This document shows positions 16,092 to 26,269 of a stretch of DNA of 64,000 bases, piece by piece; within the stretch, counting starts at the first letter, position 1, and each line of letters begins with the position of its first letter. Under the pieces are notes generated by a model. That model worked only from the letters and a program-made list of their open reading frames with translations. It had not been told where the DNA came from and searched no databases. Origin of the DNA: a bacterium (GTDB lineage Bacteria; Patescibacteriota; Patescibacteriia; JACQRZ01); contig JAUYIE010000021.1 of the NCBI GenBank assembly GCA_030688365.1, positions 9,866-73,865 on the forward strand. Reading direction: 5' to 3'. A program made the position numbers and the translations under genes.

Positions 16092-17779
16092 TGTTTCTTC
16101 CCGATGAACAATTAAAAAAGATTTTGCTGTCAAGCAAAATGATAGACCAAGCGACATGGGATGATGCGTATGCGAATGCCCTTCGTCTTAATGTTCCTGT
16201 TGAGGATATACTCAAAGAACGCGATATTATTGCCGGTCATATTTTGTATGAATTGGTGGCAAAAGCGATCAAAATGCCGTATATAAATTTAAAGACGCAT
16301 GATATTCCGCCGAGAGTGATGGATTTGCTTGATTATCGGACCGCGAGTGTTCTCCATGCCGTCCCGTTTGAAGCGCAGAAAGGTAAACCGGTCAAAGTAG
16401 CATGTTTGGATCCCCTGAATAAAAGGACATTAAAACTTATCAAGTCAAAGTTGAAACGTCCGCTTGAAATTTTTTTGACCGGTAAAGAGGGATTTGCATT
16501 TGCTACGCGTCATTACCAGAAAAATGTTGCAGAAAAAATTAAAAAAGAGGTACAGCGCTTGGCTACAAGTAAAGGAAAAAATACTGAACGAATCAGTACT
16601 TTGTTGGTAGAATATCTATATTATACACATCCGTCAGATATTCACCTTGAACATCTGGATGATGGTGGAGTGATCAAATTTCGCATAGATGGATTTTTAT
16701 ACGATGAGTTTTTTGTTCCTGATAAGGTACTTGATGAGTTGATACGACTTTTGTGTGTCAATGCGCATATTTCTCATGATGCAAAAAATAGTGCCGATGG
16801 ACGGCTTGCTGCCCATGTATTTGGGGAGTTTATTGCGTTTCGTGTATCTTTGGTGCCTGCATATCATGGTAGGACTCTCGTGCTTCGTGTCATCAATGAA
16901 TCATCGCAAAAAATGAGTTTGCGCGATCATGGACTGGAAGAGACGTCAATAGAACTCGTGAAAAAAGAAATAAAAAAGCCGTACGGGCTGATATTGGTGT
17001 CAGGTCCGACCGGTTCGGGGAAATCATCTACTTTGTATAGTTTAGTAAAAATGCTCAATCTCCAAGGTGTGAGTATTGCGACCATTGAAGACCCTATTGA
17101 GTACAGCATCCGTCATGTCAATCAGACTCAAGTGGATCTGGAGTCCGGATATACGTTTGTGCAAGGGTTGCGACACCTGCTCCGTCAGGATCCCAACGTC
17201 ATCATGGTAGGGGAAATACGCGACAACGAGACAGCGGGCATTACGGCAGAGGCCGCGTTGACGGGGCATATTGTGCTTTCTACAATCCATGCAAATACCG
17301 CTGTGGGCACTATCACGCGTCTGCGTAATATGGAAGTCAAACCGTATCTGATCGGCCCTACACTCAACCTTGCCATCTCGCAACGTCTTGTGAAGCGTAT
17401 ATGTCCGTATTGTCGTGAGGGGTATGAGGTTATGAAGTCTCTGCTGGATAGTATGGATGGTGATACACATGTGTATACATCGTTTGAAAAGTTGCGCACG
17501 GTTGGTTTGCTCTCAACCAATGATTATAGTGCATTGCGTTTTTACAGAGGTAAAGGATGTCTCAAGTGCGCGGGCAGTGGCTATCGCGGACGTGTGGGCT
17601 TGTATGAGATTTTGAAAGTGGATGATGAGATACAAAAAATGATTTTGGAGGAAAAAGACGAACAGACCATTCAAAAAGAAGCCGAGAAAAAAGGTATGTT
17701 GACGCTGTTTGAAGACGGTTTGATAAAAGTAATTTCCGGGGAAACGACCATTGAGGAAGTGATGAGGGTGATTAACTAG
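16088..17779 (+). CDS. pilB: Type IV pilus assembly ATPase PilB / GspE family
   Basis: T2SSE_N-like N-terminus. Walker A 'VSGPTGSGKSSTLYS'. Tetracysteine 'CPYC...CLKC'. Confidence 0.85.
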   Translation: MMFLPDEQLKKILLSSKMIDQATWDDAYANALRLNVPVEDILKERDIIAGHILYELVAKAIKMPYINLKTHDIPPRVMDLLDYRTASVLHAVPFEAQKGKPVKVACLDPLNKRTLKLIKSKLKRPLEIFLTGKEGFAFATRHYQKNVAEKIKKEVQRLATSKGKNTERISTLLVEYLYYTHPSDIHLEHLDDGGVIKFRIDGFLYDEFFVPDKVLDELIRLLCVNAHISHDAKNSADGRLAAHVFGEFIAFRVSLVPAYHGRTLVLRVINESSQKMSLRDHGLEETSIELVKKEIKKPYGLILVSGPTGSGKSSTLYSLVKMLNLQGVSIATIEDPIEYSIRHVNQTQVDLESGYTFVQGLRHLLRQDPNVIMVGEIRDNETAGITAEAALTGHIVLSTIHANTAVGTITRLRNMEVKPYLIGPTLNLAISQRLVKRICPYCREGYEVMKSLLDSMDGDTHVYTSFEKLRTVGLLSTNDYSALRFYRGKGCLKCAGSGYRGRVGLYEILKVDDEIQKMILEEKDEQTIQKEAEKKGMLTLFEDGLIKVISGETTIEEVMRVIN

Positions 17780-17813
17780 AGCGCGATGGCATGATAGTCG
17801 TCAGTGCGGTTTA

Positions 17814-18914
17814 TTATGCGCGGATTTCTCGCATCAGATCAAGATAAAAGGCAAGGTTATGTAGCGTCGCGAGGCGCATGGCGAGTCCTTCGTTTATGGT
17901 AAAAAGGTGACGAAGATAGGATCGGGAATGATACGCGCAGGTATAACAGGTACATTTTGCGTCAAGCGGTTTTTTGTCGTACTTATATTTTTCATTGCCG
18001 ATTTTGATCGTTCCATAAAACGATTTTTTTGTTATGGGACCGGTGCGAACATAGAGTTGGCCATGGCGCGCTTCGCGGGTAGGGATGACACAATCAAACA
18101 TATCCACGCCATGTTGTGTGGCAAATACGATTTCCTCGGGTTTGCCGAGTCCCATGAGATAGCGTGGTTTGTCAGCAGGGAGGAGGGGCGCGATCGCTTT
18201 GATGATTTTTTGCTTGTCTGATGAGCTTTCACCGACAGCGACACCGCCGATGGCGTATCCGTCAAAGTTTAGTTTTGTAAGTTCTTCCACGCAATGTTTG
18301 CGTAGATCTAGAAATGTCGATCCTTGTACAATACCAAAAAGAAGAGGACGTTTGGCGGGCGGGATTCGTTTTTGTTTCATGCGCTTTTCAAAATACTCTT
18401 TACTGCGCGTTGCCCACGTGATCGTACGCTGTACGGCATTCTCCGCTGTTTCATGGTTGCACGTCCCGGAAGGGCACTCATCCAAAACCATAATGATATC
18501 AGAGCCGATAGCGAGTTGTATATCAATCACGATTTCTGGTGTGAGAAAGATTTCATGACCGTCTATTTCCGATTGGAAACGTACTCCTCCGTCAGTGATT
18601 TTTCGCATCTTTGAAAGTGAAAAGACTTGGTAACCACCACTGTCGGTGAGGATCGGGCGATTCCATCCCATGAATGTGTGTAGTCCCTTGAATTTTTTTA
18701 AAATCTCAAGTCCGGGGCGCTGGAAAAGATGATAGGTATTGGACAGGATGATTTCGGCGCCAAGAGTTTTTATTTCCTCAACCGTGATTTGTTTCACCGC
18801 ACCGCGCGTCGCGATCGGCATGAAAAACGGCGTCTGTAAGAGTCCGTGCGGAGTTTTCAATGTGCCCAGTCGTTTCAGGTCTTTTTTGTTGATTTTATAG
18901 GAGAAATGAGACAT
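17814..18914 (-). CDS. tgt: Queuine tRNA-ribosyltransferase
   Basis: 'LKTPHGLLQTPFFMPIAT', 'TDSGGYQVFSL' and the zinc site 'CTCYTCAYHSRSYLRHL'. Confidence 0.85.
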   Translation of the reverse strand: MSHFSYKINKKDLKRLGTLKTPHGLLQTPFFMPIATRGAVKQITVEEIKTLGAEIILSNTYHLFQRPGLEILKKFKGLHTFMGWNRPILTDSGGYQVFSLSKMRKITDGGVRFQSEIDGHEIFLTPEIVIDIQLAIGSDIIMVLDECPSGTCNHETAENAVQRTITWATRSKEYFEKRMKQKRIPPAKRPLLFGIVQGSTFLDLRKHCVEELTKLNFDGYAIGGVAVGESSSDKQKIIKAIAPLLPADKPRYLMGLGKPEEIVFATQHGVDMFDCVIPTREARHGQLYVRTGPITKKSFYGTIKIGNEKYKYDKKPLDAKCTCYTCAYHSRSYLRHLFTINEGLAMRLATLHNLAFYLDLMREIRA

Positions 18915-19241
18915 GGCGAATAGAGATAATTATGAAACCAGACTACCATAAGGACTTGATATGATCAATAGAATAGAGTATGATGGATGTCAGAATATTT
19001 TTTAACTAAGGGGGAAGGGAAGTGAAAGATCAAAAAAATAAAGAGGTGCCTAGTATTGTTCCAAAAGTATTTGTGTTTGGGATGATATTGCTTATCCTTT
19101 TGCTATTGAAAGTGATCTCTAATGCCATCCAGCACAATGGATGGATACATTAAACTAATAAGAACGCATCGAGGACAACCTTGGTGCTATTTTTTATCTA
19201 ATTTTCTGGAATAACCACCCCGCTATGATACACTGGACATA

Positions 19242-21086
19242 TTGACAGATTTTTATTATACAATTTTCATGCCAGACATTATACATCACATCCTCAAAAC
19301 ATATTTTGGGTATGATAGCTTTCGTCCGCAACAGGAGGAGATCATCCGCAATGTCTTGGCGGGAAATGATACAGTCGTGTTGATGCCGACCGGTGGAGGA
19401 AAGTCTCTTTGTTTTCAGATTCCCGCCATGGCGCTGGAAGGTATCACATTGGTAGTCTCGCCACTCATCGCTTTGATGAAAGATCAGGTTGATGCGATGA
19501 TCGCAAACGGTATCCCTGCGGTGTTTATCAACAGCAGTCTGTCCGCTCGGGAGATATTTGAGATTCAAGAGGAGCTACAGCGGGGGAAAATAAAACTTCT
19601 TTATATCGCGCCGGAGCGTCTGGCACTTCTTGATTTTCAGGTATTTCTTAAGAGTCTGCCTATCTCACTCATCGCTGTAGATGAAGCGCACTGTATTTCA
19701 GAGTGGGGTCATGAATTTCGTCCTGATTATCGCAACTTACAGCGTTGCAAGCAGGTCTTGTTTCCCCATGTACCCATCATCGCATTGACTGCTACTGCTA
19801 CACTAAAAGTAAAGGAGGATATCATCACACAGCTCCACCTACAGACGCCAAAAGTGTTTCTTGCAAGTTTTGACAGGCCAAATCTGTTTATCCGCGTGAA
19901 GCCAAAACAGCAGGCGTTTAAAGAAATCCTCCTTTTGCTCAAAAAATATACTGATGAAGCGGTCATTATCTACTGTCTTTCGCGAAAAGAGACAGAGACG
20001 CTTGCTGTTGCTCTTAACAAAGAAGGACACAAAGCAACTGCTTACCATGCCGGGATGAGCAGTGATGAACGAAAAAAAGCGCAAGATCGTTTTAAAAAAG
20101 ATCAGGTATCCATCATCGTGGCCACGATCGCCTTTGGGATGGGGATAGATAAACCTGACGTGAGATTGGTGATTCATTACAGTCTACCAAAAAGCATTGA
20201 GGGGTATTATCAGGAGATCGGACGTGCCGGTAGAGACGGTCTTGCAAGTGAATGCGTTCTTTTTTATACCTATGGAGATACGAGGACTCTTGAATATTTC
20301 ATCGGTGCTATGGAAGATGCTGATGAACAAAGGCGAGCACGAGTGAAATTGCAGGAGATAGTTGATTATTGCGAGGCACAGGGGTGTCGAAGGAATATAC
20401 TGTTGCGTTATTTTGGAGAAGTGGGTGAAATGCAAAATTGCGCGAGTTGTGATACCTGTACGACGACAAAAGAGACTTTTGACGGGACAGTCATTGCTCA
20501 AAAGATTCTTTCTGCGGTGATAAAAACAGGGCAAAAGTTTGGCGCGCAACACGTGATTTCCGTACTGCGCGGATCCAAAAATCAAGGCGTGCTTTCGCGC
20601 GGGCATGATAGCCTCTCGGTATATGGCATTGTAAAGGACTATGACGACTCGGCATTACGTCTTTTTATCAAAGAGCTGGCATCAAAGGGCTATTTGTTAA
20701 AAGATGAGATTGATCATAATATTTTTATATTCAAAGTATCGGCAAAAGGCATGGACGCATTGAAACAACGAGCAAGCATTGAGCTTACGAAACCTCCTGT
20801 TGCGATGGCGAAAGGAAAATCGTCATCCTCTGGCAAGGGATCAAGTACACATAGTGATAACGAGCTGTTTCAGGAACTGCGCGCGTTGAGAAGGAAAATT
20901 GCAGAGCAAAGAAATGTACCTCCTTTTGTGATATTCAGTGATAAGTCTCTTTTGGAGATGACAGAGTATTTACCACAAGAGAGGGAACAATTTTCAAAAA
21001 TATTTGGCGTGGGCGCGCAAAAACTTGAGGATTTTGGGCACAAGTTTATGGAAGTGATACGACAGTATGCGGGGAAGAAACTATAG
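19242..21086 (+). CDS. recQ: ATP-dependent DNA helicase RecQ. The start may be the ATG at 19269.
   Basis: 'GYDSFRPQQEEII', Walker A 'MPTGGGKS', DEAH 'IAVDEAHCISEWGHEFRPDY', a zinc-binding Cys cluster, and an HRDC-like C-terminus. Confidence 0.9.
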   Translation: MTDFYYTIFMPDIIHHILKTYFGYDSFRPQQEEIIRNVLAGNDTVVLMPTGGGKSLCFQIPAMALEGITLVVSPLIALMKDQVDAMIANGIPAVFINSSLSAREIFEIQEELQRGKIKLLYIAPERLALLDFQVFLKSLPISLIAVDEAHCISEWGHEFRPDYRNLQRCKQVLFPHVPIIALTATATLKVKEDIITQLHLQTPKVFLASFDRPNLFIRVKPKQQAFKEILLLLKKYTDEAVIIYCLSRKETETLAVALNKEGHKATAYHAGMSSDERKKAQDRFKKDQVSIIVATIAFGMGIDKPDVRLVIHYSLPKSIEGYYQEIGRAGRDGLASECVLFYTYGDTRTLEYFIGAMEDADEQRRARVKLQEIVDYCEAQGCRRNILLRYFGEVGEMQNCASCDTCTTTKETFDGTVIAQKILSAVIKTGQKFGAQHVISVLRGSKNQGVLSRGHDSLSVYGIVKDYDDSALRLFIKELASKGYLLKDEIDHNIFIFKVSAKGMDALKQRASIELTKPPVAMAKGKSSSSGKGSSTHSDNELFQELRALRRKIAEQRNVPPFVIFSDKSLLEMTEYLPQEREQFSKIFGVGAQKLEDFGHKFMEVIRQYAGKKL

Positions 21087-22124
21087 GATAATCATCGCGT
21101 CGCCGAAGGAGTAGAATTGATACTTTTTGGCAATCGCTTCGGCGTAGGCAGTCAGGACATAATCTGTGCCGTCTTTTTTAATATTTTGTGCAAACGCGCA
21201 GACGAGCAACATAAGCGTTGATTGGGGAAGGTGAAAGTTGGTGATGAGTCCGTCAACGATACGAAATGTATATCCGGGATACATAAAAATATCCACTTCT
21301 TTGAAGCCGGCTTTAATGCGACCGGGAGAATCCGCGAAACTTTCTAACGTGCGGGTGGATGTTGTGCCGACGGTGATGACTCGTCGTTTCTCTTTTTTAG
21401 CGGTGTTGATGATGTGTGCCGTTTCATCAGATATGGTCGCAAACTCCGGGTGCATTTTGTGGTCGGTGATTTTTTCGGTGCGGATCGGGGCAAACGTGCC
21501 AGGGCCGACATGGAGCGTGAGCTCGGTGATGATGATACCTTTCTTTGTGAGGGCGTTCATCAGTTGTTTTGTAAAATGAAACCCCGCAGTCGGCGCGGCG
21601 ACCGATCCTTCTTGGGAGGCAAAGACGGTCTGATATTCTTTTTCTTTTGCGATGCGAGATATATAGGGCGGTGTCGGTGGAACGCCATGTTTGTGGATGA
21701 GCGCACGCAGCGTCGATCCATGCGCATCAAAAGAAATCCGCCACAACATGTCATCTATTTTTTCTTCTGCTATCGCATGCCAGTTTTTTGTGAGAGTGAG
21801 TTGTTTACCTGCTTCACGGCCGGTCAGATTTTTTATCATTGCCGTCCATACGCCGTCTGATAATTCGCGCACAAGTAGGATCTCCACCGCTCCACCGGTG
21901 GGTTTGGTAGCGGATAGTCGCGCGGGAATCACTTTTGAGTTATTGAGTACCAAAACGTCGCCCTTGTGAAGGAAGTCAAGGATATCATAAAAGTGTTTGT
22001 GGGCGGGCGGGGCGCCATCAGCGAGTACTATAAGTCGGCAATGGTCGCGGGGCGAGCAAGGTTTTTGAGCGATTAATTCTTTTGGTAACGTAAAGTCAAA
22101 ATCGGATAGTTTCATATGGGGCAA
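21081..22124 (-). CDS. queA: S-adenosylmethionine:tRNA ribosyltransferase-isomerase
   Basis: The N-terminus 'MKLSDFDFTLPKELIAQKP' and the overall length are typical of QueA. Confidence 0.8.
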   Translation of the reverse strand: MPHMKLSDFDFTLPKELIAQKPCSPRDHCRLIVLADGAPPAHKHFYDILDFLHKGDVLVLNNSKVIPARLSATKPTGGAVEILLVRELSDGVWTAMIKNLTGREAGKQLTLTKNWHAIAEEKIDDMLWRISFDAHGSTLRALIHKHGVPPTPPYISRIAKEKEYQTVFASQEGSVAAPTAGFHFTKQLMNALTKKGIIITELTLHVGPGTFAPIRTEKITDHKMHPEFATISDETAHIINTAKKEKRRVITVGTTSTRTLESFADSPGRIKAGFKEVDIFMYPGYTFRIVDGLITNFHLPQSTLMLLVCAFAQNIKKDGTDYVLTAYAEAIAKKYQFYSFGDAMIIL

Positions 22125-22313
22125 ATGGTAGCAGTTTTTGTGGGAAATATAAAGATCACGACTACAGTTGCTTTATTCTCAAAACACTGTATACTCCCTA
22201 TATCATTATTGAACTACTCTATGGCAAAAGGAAAAAAGAGATCAACGGGTGTCAAAAATCCGCATCTCAAGCGCAATGAGCGCAAACAACACGTTGAGAA
22301 AAAGTACAACTAA
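22116..22313 (+). CDS. Small hypothetical protein. An alternative start at 22221 gives the 30-aa highly basic peptide MAKGKKRSTGVKNPHLKRNERKQHVEKKYN.
   Basis: A TTGCTT-16-TATACT promoter-like site at 22168-22195 precedes the ORF and a strong intrinsic terminator follows. No clear Shine-Dalgarno site. Confidence 0.3.
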   Translation: MGQMVAVFVGNIKITTTVALFSKHCILPISLLNYSMAKGKKRSTGVKNPHLKRNERKQHVEKKYN

Positions 22314-22318
22314 AAATT

Positions 22319-22342
22319 CATCCCCAGTCGGGGATGTTTTTT
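22319..22342 (+). terminator. Intrinsic terminator
   Basis: CATCCCC-agtc-GGGGATG followed by TTTTTT. Confidence 0.6.
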
Positions 22343-22390
22343 GTAATGACGTGATATGGTACAATATATGTATCAAATCATTACGTCCCT

Positions 22391-23749
22391 ATGCCAAGAA
22401 AAAAAAGGATTCACAAAGCCTGGGTTTTAACTGTGGATATGGGGTATGGCCACCAACGGCCTGCCCATGTTCTGCAAGACATCGCCTATAATGGCATTAT
22501 TACGGTAAATGATTTTCCCGGTATACCTGCCCATGAAAAAGCGACATGGACAGATAATCGTAAAGGATACGAATGGATTTCCCGCATGAAGTCCGCGCCG
22601 GTGATTGGTAACGCGTTGTTTGAAATTTTTGATAAAATACAAGAGATTCCCAGTTTTTACCCTCGTCGCGATCTTTCAAAAAGTAACTTACAACTTTTGC
22701 ATACCTATCGTCTGATTGAAAAGGAACAAGTGTGTCGATATTTGTTTAATCATGTACTCAGCGAACAACCCGACCTACCTCTTGTATGTACTTTTTTTCT
22801 TCCCGCCTTTGCTGCAGAAGTATACGGATATCAAGGAGATATCTATCTTCAAGTATGTGATGCCGACATGAGTAGAACATGGGTGGCGCGTGATCCAAAA
22901 AAAAGTCGGATCAAGTATTTAGCGCCAAATAAGCGCGTCGTGGAGCGGTTAAAGTTGTATGGCGTGCCGGAAAAAAATATCTTTTTCACTGGTTTCCCTC
23001 TGCCTAAAGAAAACATTGGTGGTCTGGACGCAAAGATTTTGAAAAAAGATCTTGGTGCGCGTATATACAATCTGGATCCGCATTCGCATACACGACATAA
23101 ATTTGGGCATATTATTAATTATCATTTATCAGGAAAAAATATCCCCAAACGAGCGACACATCCGCTGACCTTGATGTTCGCGGTGGGTGGCGCTGGTGGT
23201 CAGAGGGAATTGGGGGGGCAGATTTTAAAAAGTTTGAAAACTAAGATTCTTAAAGGCGCGATTGATTTTATATTGGTAGCGGGGGTAAAACAAGATGTGG
23301 CGGATTATTTTAAGTCAGAGATCAAAGCATTGGGATTAAATAAGGAATTAGGGGAAAGCGTAAAGATTATCATAGAGAAAACAAAAAAAGATTATTTTGA
23401 CGTATTTAATAAAGCATTACGTATGACTGATATTTTGTGGACTAAGCCATCAGAACTTTCATTTTATACTGCATTGGGCTTACCGATCATCATGGCACCC
23501 TCTATTGGCTCACAAGAAGATTTTAATAGGATGTGGCTAAAGACGATTGCGGCGGGTATTAGTCAAGATGATCCGCGATACACTGATGAATGGCTCTTTG
23601 ATTGGCTCAATAGCGGTTGGTTGGCACGTGCGGCACTCAATGGTTTCGTTGAAGCACCTGTCATGGGAACATACAACGTTGAAAAATTGATTCTCGGAAA
23701 AGTAAAAAATTCAAAAGACATTACCCCTCATGTCATTTCTAATATATAA
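22391..23749 (+). CDS. Putative GT-B glycosyltransferase, MurG / MGDG-synthase (GT28)-like
   Basis: The N-terminal 'VLTVDMGYGHQ' and C-terminal G-loop 'LMFAVGGAGGQ' plus 'DILWTKPSELSFYTALGLPIIMAPSIGSQEDFN' resemble GT28 family motifs. Confidence 0.45.
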   Translation: MPRKKRIHKAWVLTVDMGYGHQRPAHVLQDIAYNGIITVNDFPGIPAHEKATWTDNRKGYEWISRMKSAPVIGNALFEIFDKIQEIPSFYPRRDLSKSNLQLLHTYRLIEKEQVCRYLFNHVLSEQPDLPLVCTFFLPAFAAEVYGYQGDIYLQVCDADMSRTWVARDPKKSRIKYLAPNKRVVERLKLYGVPEKNIFFTGFPLPKENIGGLDAKILKKDLGARIYNLDPHSHTRHKFGHIINYHLSGKNIPKRATHPLTLMFAVGGAGGQRELGGQILKSLKTKILKGAIDFILVAGVKQDVADYFKSEIKALGLNKELGESVKIIIEKTKKDYFDVFNKALRMTDILWTKPSELSFYTALGLPIIMAPSIGSQEDFNRMWLKTIAAGISQDDPRYTDEWLFDWLNSGWLARAALNGFVEAPVMGTYNVEKLILGKVKNSKDITPHVISNI

Positions 23750-23775
23750 TATGTTTATATCTAATACGTACTACC

Positions 23776-24027
23776 ATGTTTAAACACATAGAAGGCAAGA
23801 TAAATAATAGTATTTTGACTTTTTTTACGCTAGGGATGATCTTTTTGTTACTCGGAGTAATGGTGATCATGTATGAGACATTACTAAGAGTCATTGTGGG
23901 TGTGTTATTTTTTCTTTTAGCATATATGGCCTTTCATTTGGCACATAAGATACAAGCAATTAAACACAGCATACAAGATAAACTGGGAGGTGTGGGGTTT
24001 GGTGACAAAAAGGGCGGGAAAAAATGA
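23776..24027 (+). CDS. Small membrane protein
   Basis: Two predicted TM helices in an 83-aa ORF. Confidence 0.4.
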   Translation: MFKHIEGKINNSILTFFTLGMIFLLLGVMVIMYETLLRVIVGVLFFLLAYMAFHLAHKIQAIKHSIQDKLGGVGFGDKKGGKK

Positions 24028-24050
24028 TTATTTTTGAGGGATGAATTGAT

Positions 24051-25091
24051 ATGTTTACCAAGCCGCCCACATTCCAACATCGGCTGCGGCGAAATGTTTT
24101 GTGGCTCTTTTTTGGTCTCATGGTTGTATTGTCCGTATTTTTTTTGTTTTTAAATTATCCGACACGACCAACAACAAAAGAGACAATGTTTGGTGTAACA
24201 TTTAGTCCGTATTACATGCAGGAGTTTGGTGTAGATTGGAAAAAAGCGTATACGGCGATATTGGATGATTTGGGAGTGCGCGATTTGCGTTTATCTGCAT
24301 ATTGGAATCACACAGAACCATCTTCGGGGTCGTTTGATTTTAGTGATTTGGATTATCAATTGGATCAAGCGGCACTTCGTAATGCTCATGTTATCTTGGC
24401 GGTCGGGCGCAAGTTACCACGTTGGCCGGAATGTCATGATCCGGAGTGGATCACCGGGTCATCTCGTAGTGAAATAGAAGCACAGCTTTTGACATATGTA
24501 GATACGGTGGTACAAAAGTACAAAGACCATCCAGCTGTAACACGCTGGCAGATAGAAAACGAGCCATTTTTTTGGTTCGGGGTATGTGATAAGACGCTTG
24601 GGTTATCAACATTAAAAAAAGAGATCGCGATCGTGCGCAAATATAGTCCTAAGCCGATTGTTGTGACTGACAGTGGTGAATGGAGTTTCTGGTTGCCTGC
24701 AGCGTGGGAAGGTGATGTATTGGGTATCAGTATGTATCGAGAGAGTTGGAATGCGCTACTGGGTCGTATTCCATTTCCAATAAGTCCGGGGTTTTATCAA
24801 AAAAAAGCTGACATTATTTCACCCGTTCAAAAAAATATAATTGTTACAGAGCTTCAAGCGGAACCATGGGGGGAAAAACCGATTGCGCAGATGACTCGTG
24901 AAGAAATGACAGATTCTATGGATATTGCAAAATTTGAGAGCAATGTGAGTTTTTCGCAACAAACGGGATTTGGTGAGGTTTATTTATGGGGCGTAGAATG
25001 GTGGTATTGGATGAAAACAGTACAGGGAGATTCCTCTTTTTGGGATACTGGAAGGGAGATCTTTAATGTTTCACATCAAGCGACCCAATAA
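24051..25091 (+). CDS. Membrane-anchored glycoside hydrolase, clan GH-A (GH5-like)
   Basis: N-terminal TM helix. 'WQIENEPF' is the acid/base NEP motif. 'VTELQAEPWG' is the candidate nucleophile glutamate. Confidence 0.55.
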   Translation: MFTKPPTFQHRLRRNVLWLFFGLMVVLSVFFLFLNYPTRPTTKETMFGVTFSPYYMQEFGVDWKKAYTAILDDLGVRDLRLSAYWNHTEPSSGSFDFSDLDYQLDQAALRNAHVILAVGRKLPRWPECHDPEWITGSSRSEIEAQLLTYVDTVVQKYKDHPAVTRWQIENEPFFWFGVCDKTLGLSTLKKEIAIVRKYSPKPIVVTDSGEWSFWLPAAWEGDVLGISMYRESWNALLGRIPFPISPGFYQKKADIISPVQKNIIVTELQAEPWGEKPIAQMTREEMTDSMDIAKFESNVSFSQQTGFGEVYLWGVEWWYWMKTVQGDSSFWDTGREIFNVSHQATQ

Positions 25092-26245
25092 TATGAAACA
25101 AACATTATTGAAAATAATGCAAGTGCGAAGGTACACAAGATGACAAGTGCGGAAAAAACAAGGGGATGACGTGACAGACGTGCATATACTAAAAATAGCG
25201 GAAAGGCAGAAAGTGCATATCGTGGCATACTCTGTAGACGTCCGCTCAATAGAGGGATAATCAGTAATAATGTTGCAAACAGCGCATAAGGTTTGGGAAG
25301 CACAAACCATGCAATGATGACGCTTACGATAAACAAAATTGTGAACATAACATCAATATAACGTGTCGTCAGTGGTGTAGAATCAGTGACGTCTTTTACT
25401 GTTTCAAACTCTTTTACATATGTATCAAATGCTTTTTCTACCCCTGTTTTGGATAATTCAAAGTTTCGTTGCCAATTTTCCTGTGCTTCTAAAAAAAGTA
25501 GTGGATTACCAAATGATCCCTGAAGATATCCCATGAACAACAATAAACCACAAGGAATGATTATAATAGAAAGAATTTTTGGTGCAATGAGCACGCGCCA
25601 ATGATATGTATGTTGTCGTAGGTATTCCCATATCAGTGGAATAACGATCGCAATACCAGCAAAGCGTGTTGCGGTCAAAAATATACCTGCTAGCCCTGCG
25701 AGCCACCAATGTTGTTTGCGCGCAAGGTAAAATGTCAACAGAGATAAGAAGACAAATAGGGATTCGGTATAGAGGGAAATAAGAAAAAATGAGGTTGGAA
25801 ATACCAACAAAAAGACAATGCTGCGCCATGCTGTCGCTTCATCAAACTCAAAAAGCGCCAAACGATATAGTAGTAGACATGATAAAAAGGCGAATAACAA
25901 CGAAAGAGCAATCCCAGCTAGCGCTGTGTTGCCGTGAGTTAGTGGTGAAAGCAGTGACATTAACATCGGGTACAATGGAAAGAACACCACCGAGGATTGG
26001 ATGTCTTTCTGGTAAAAATAACCATGATTTGCAATACTTAAATACCAGTAGGAGTCAAAGCGTTGCCAGTTGCGAATGAGAGAATACTGACTGTCTGTGG
26101 CATCTATACGCGGGTTCATATCTTGATAGGCAGTATCAGGCGCAAGATGGAGGCGGTTGGTACCCAGGTATGCTAAAAGTTGTAAAGACGTAATCCATAC
26201 AATAAGAAAAACAAATATCACAAGCACTGTTTTTATCCAACGCAT
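25076..26245 (-). CDS. Polytopic membrane protein, possible GT-C fold glycosyl/mannosyltransferase
   Basis: About 10 TM helices and a loop 'RIDATDSQYSLIRNWQRFDSYWY' after TM1. No specific family could be assigned. Confidence 0.35.
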   Translation of the reverse strand: MRWIKTVLVIFVFLIVWITSLQLLAYLGTNRLHLAPDTAYQDMNPRIDATDSQYSLIRNWQRFDSYWYLSIANHGYFYQKDIQSSVVFFPLYPMLMSLLSPLTHGNTALAGIALSLLFAFLSCLLLYRLALFEFDEATAWRSIVFLLVFPTSFFLISLYTESLFVFLSLLTFYLARKQHWWLAGLAGIFLTATRFAGIAIVIPLIWEYLRQHTYHWRVLIAPKILSIIIIPCGLLLFMGYLQGSFGNPLLFLEAQENWQRNFELSKTGVEKAFDTYVKEFETVKDVTDSTPLTTRYIDVMFTILFIVSVIIAWFVLPKPYALFATLLLIIPLLSGRLQSMPRYALSAFPLFLVYARLSRHPLVFSALVILCTFALALFSIMFVSYYWVA

Positions 26246-26269
26246 AATAATAAGTATACCACTGATCGT

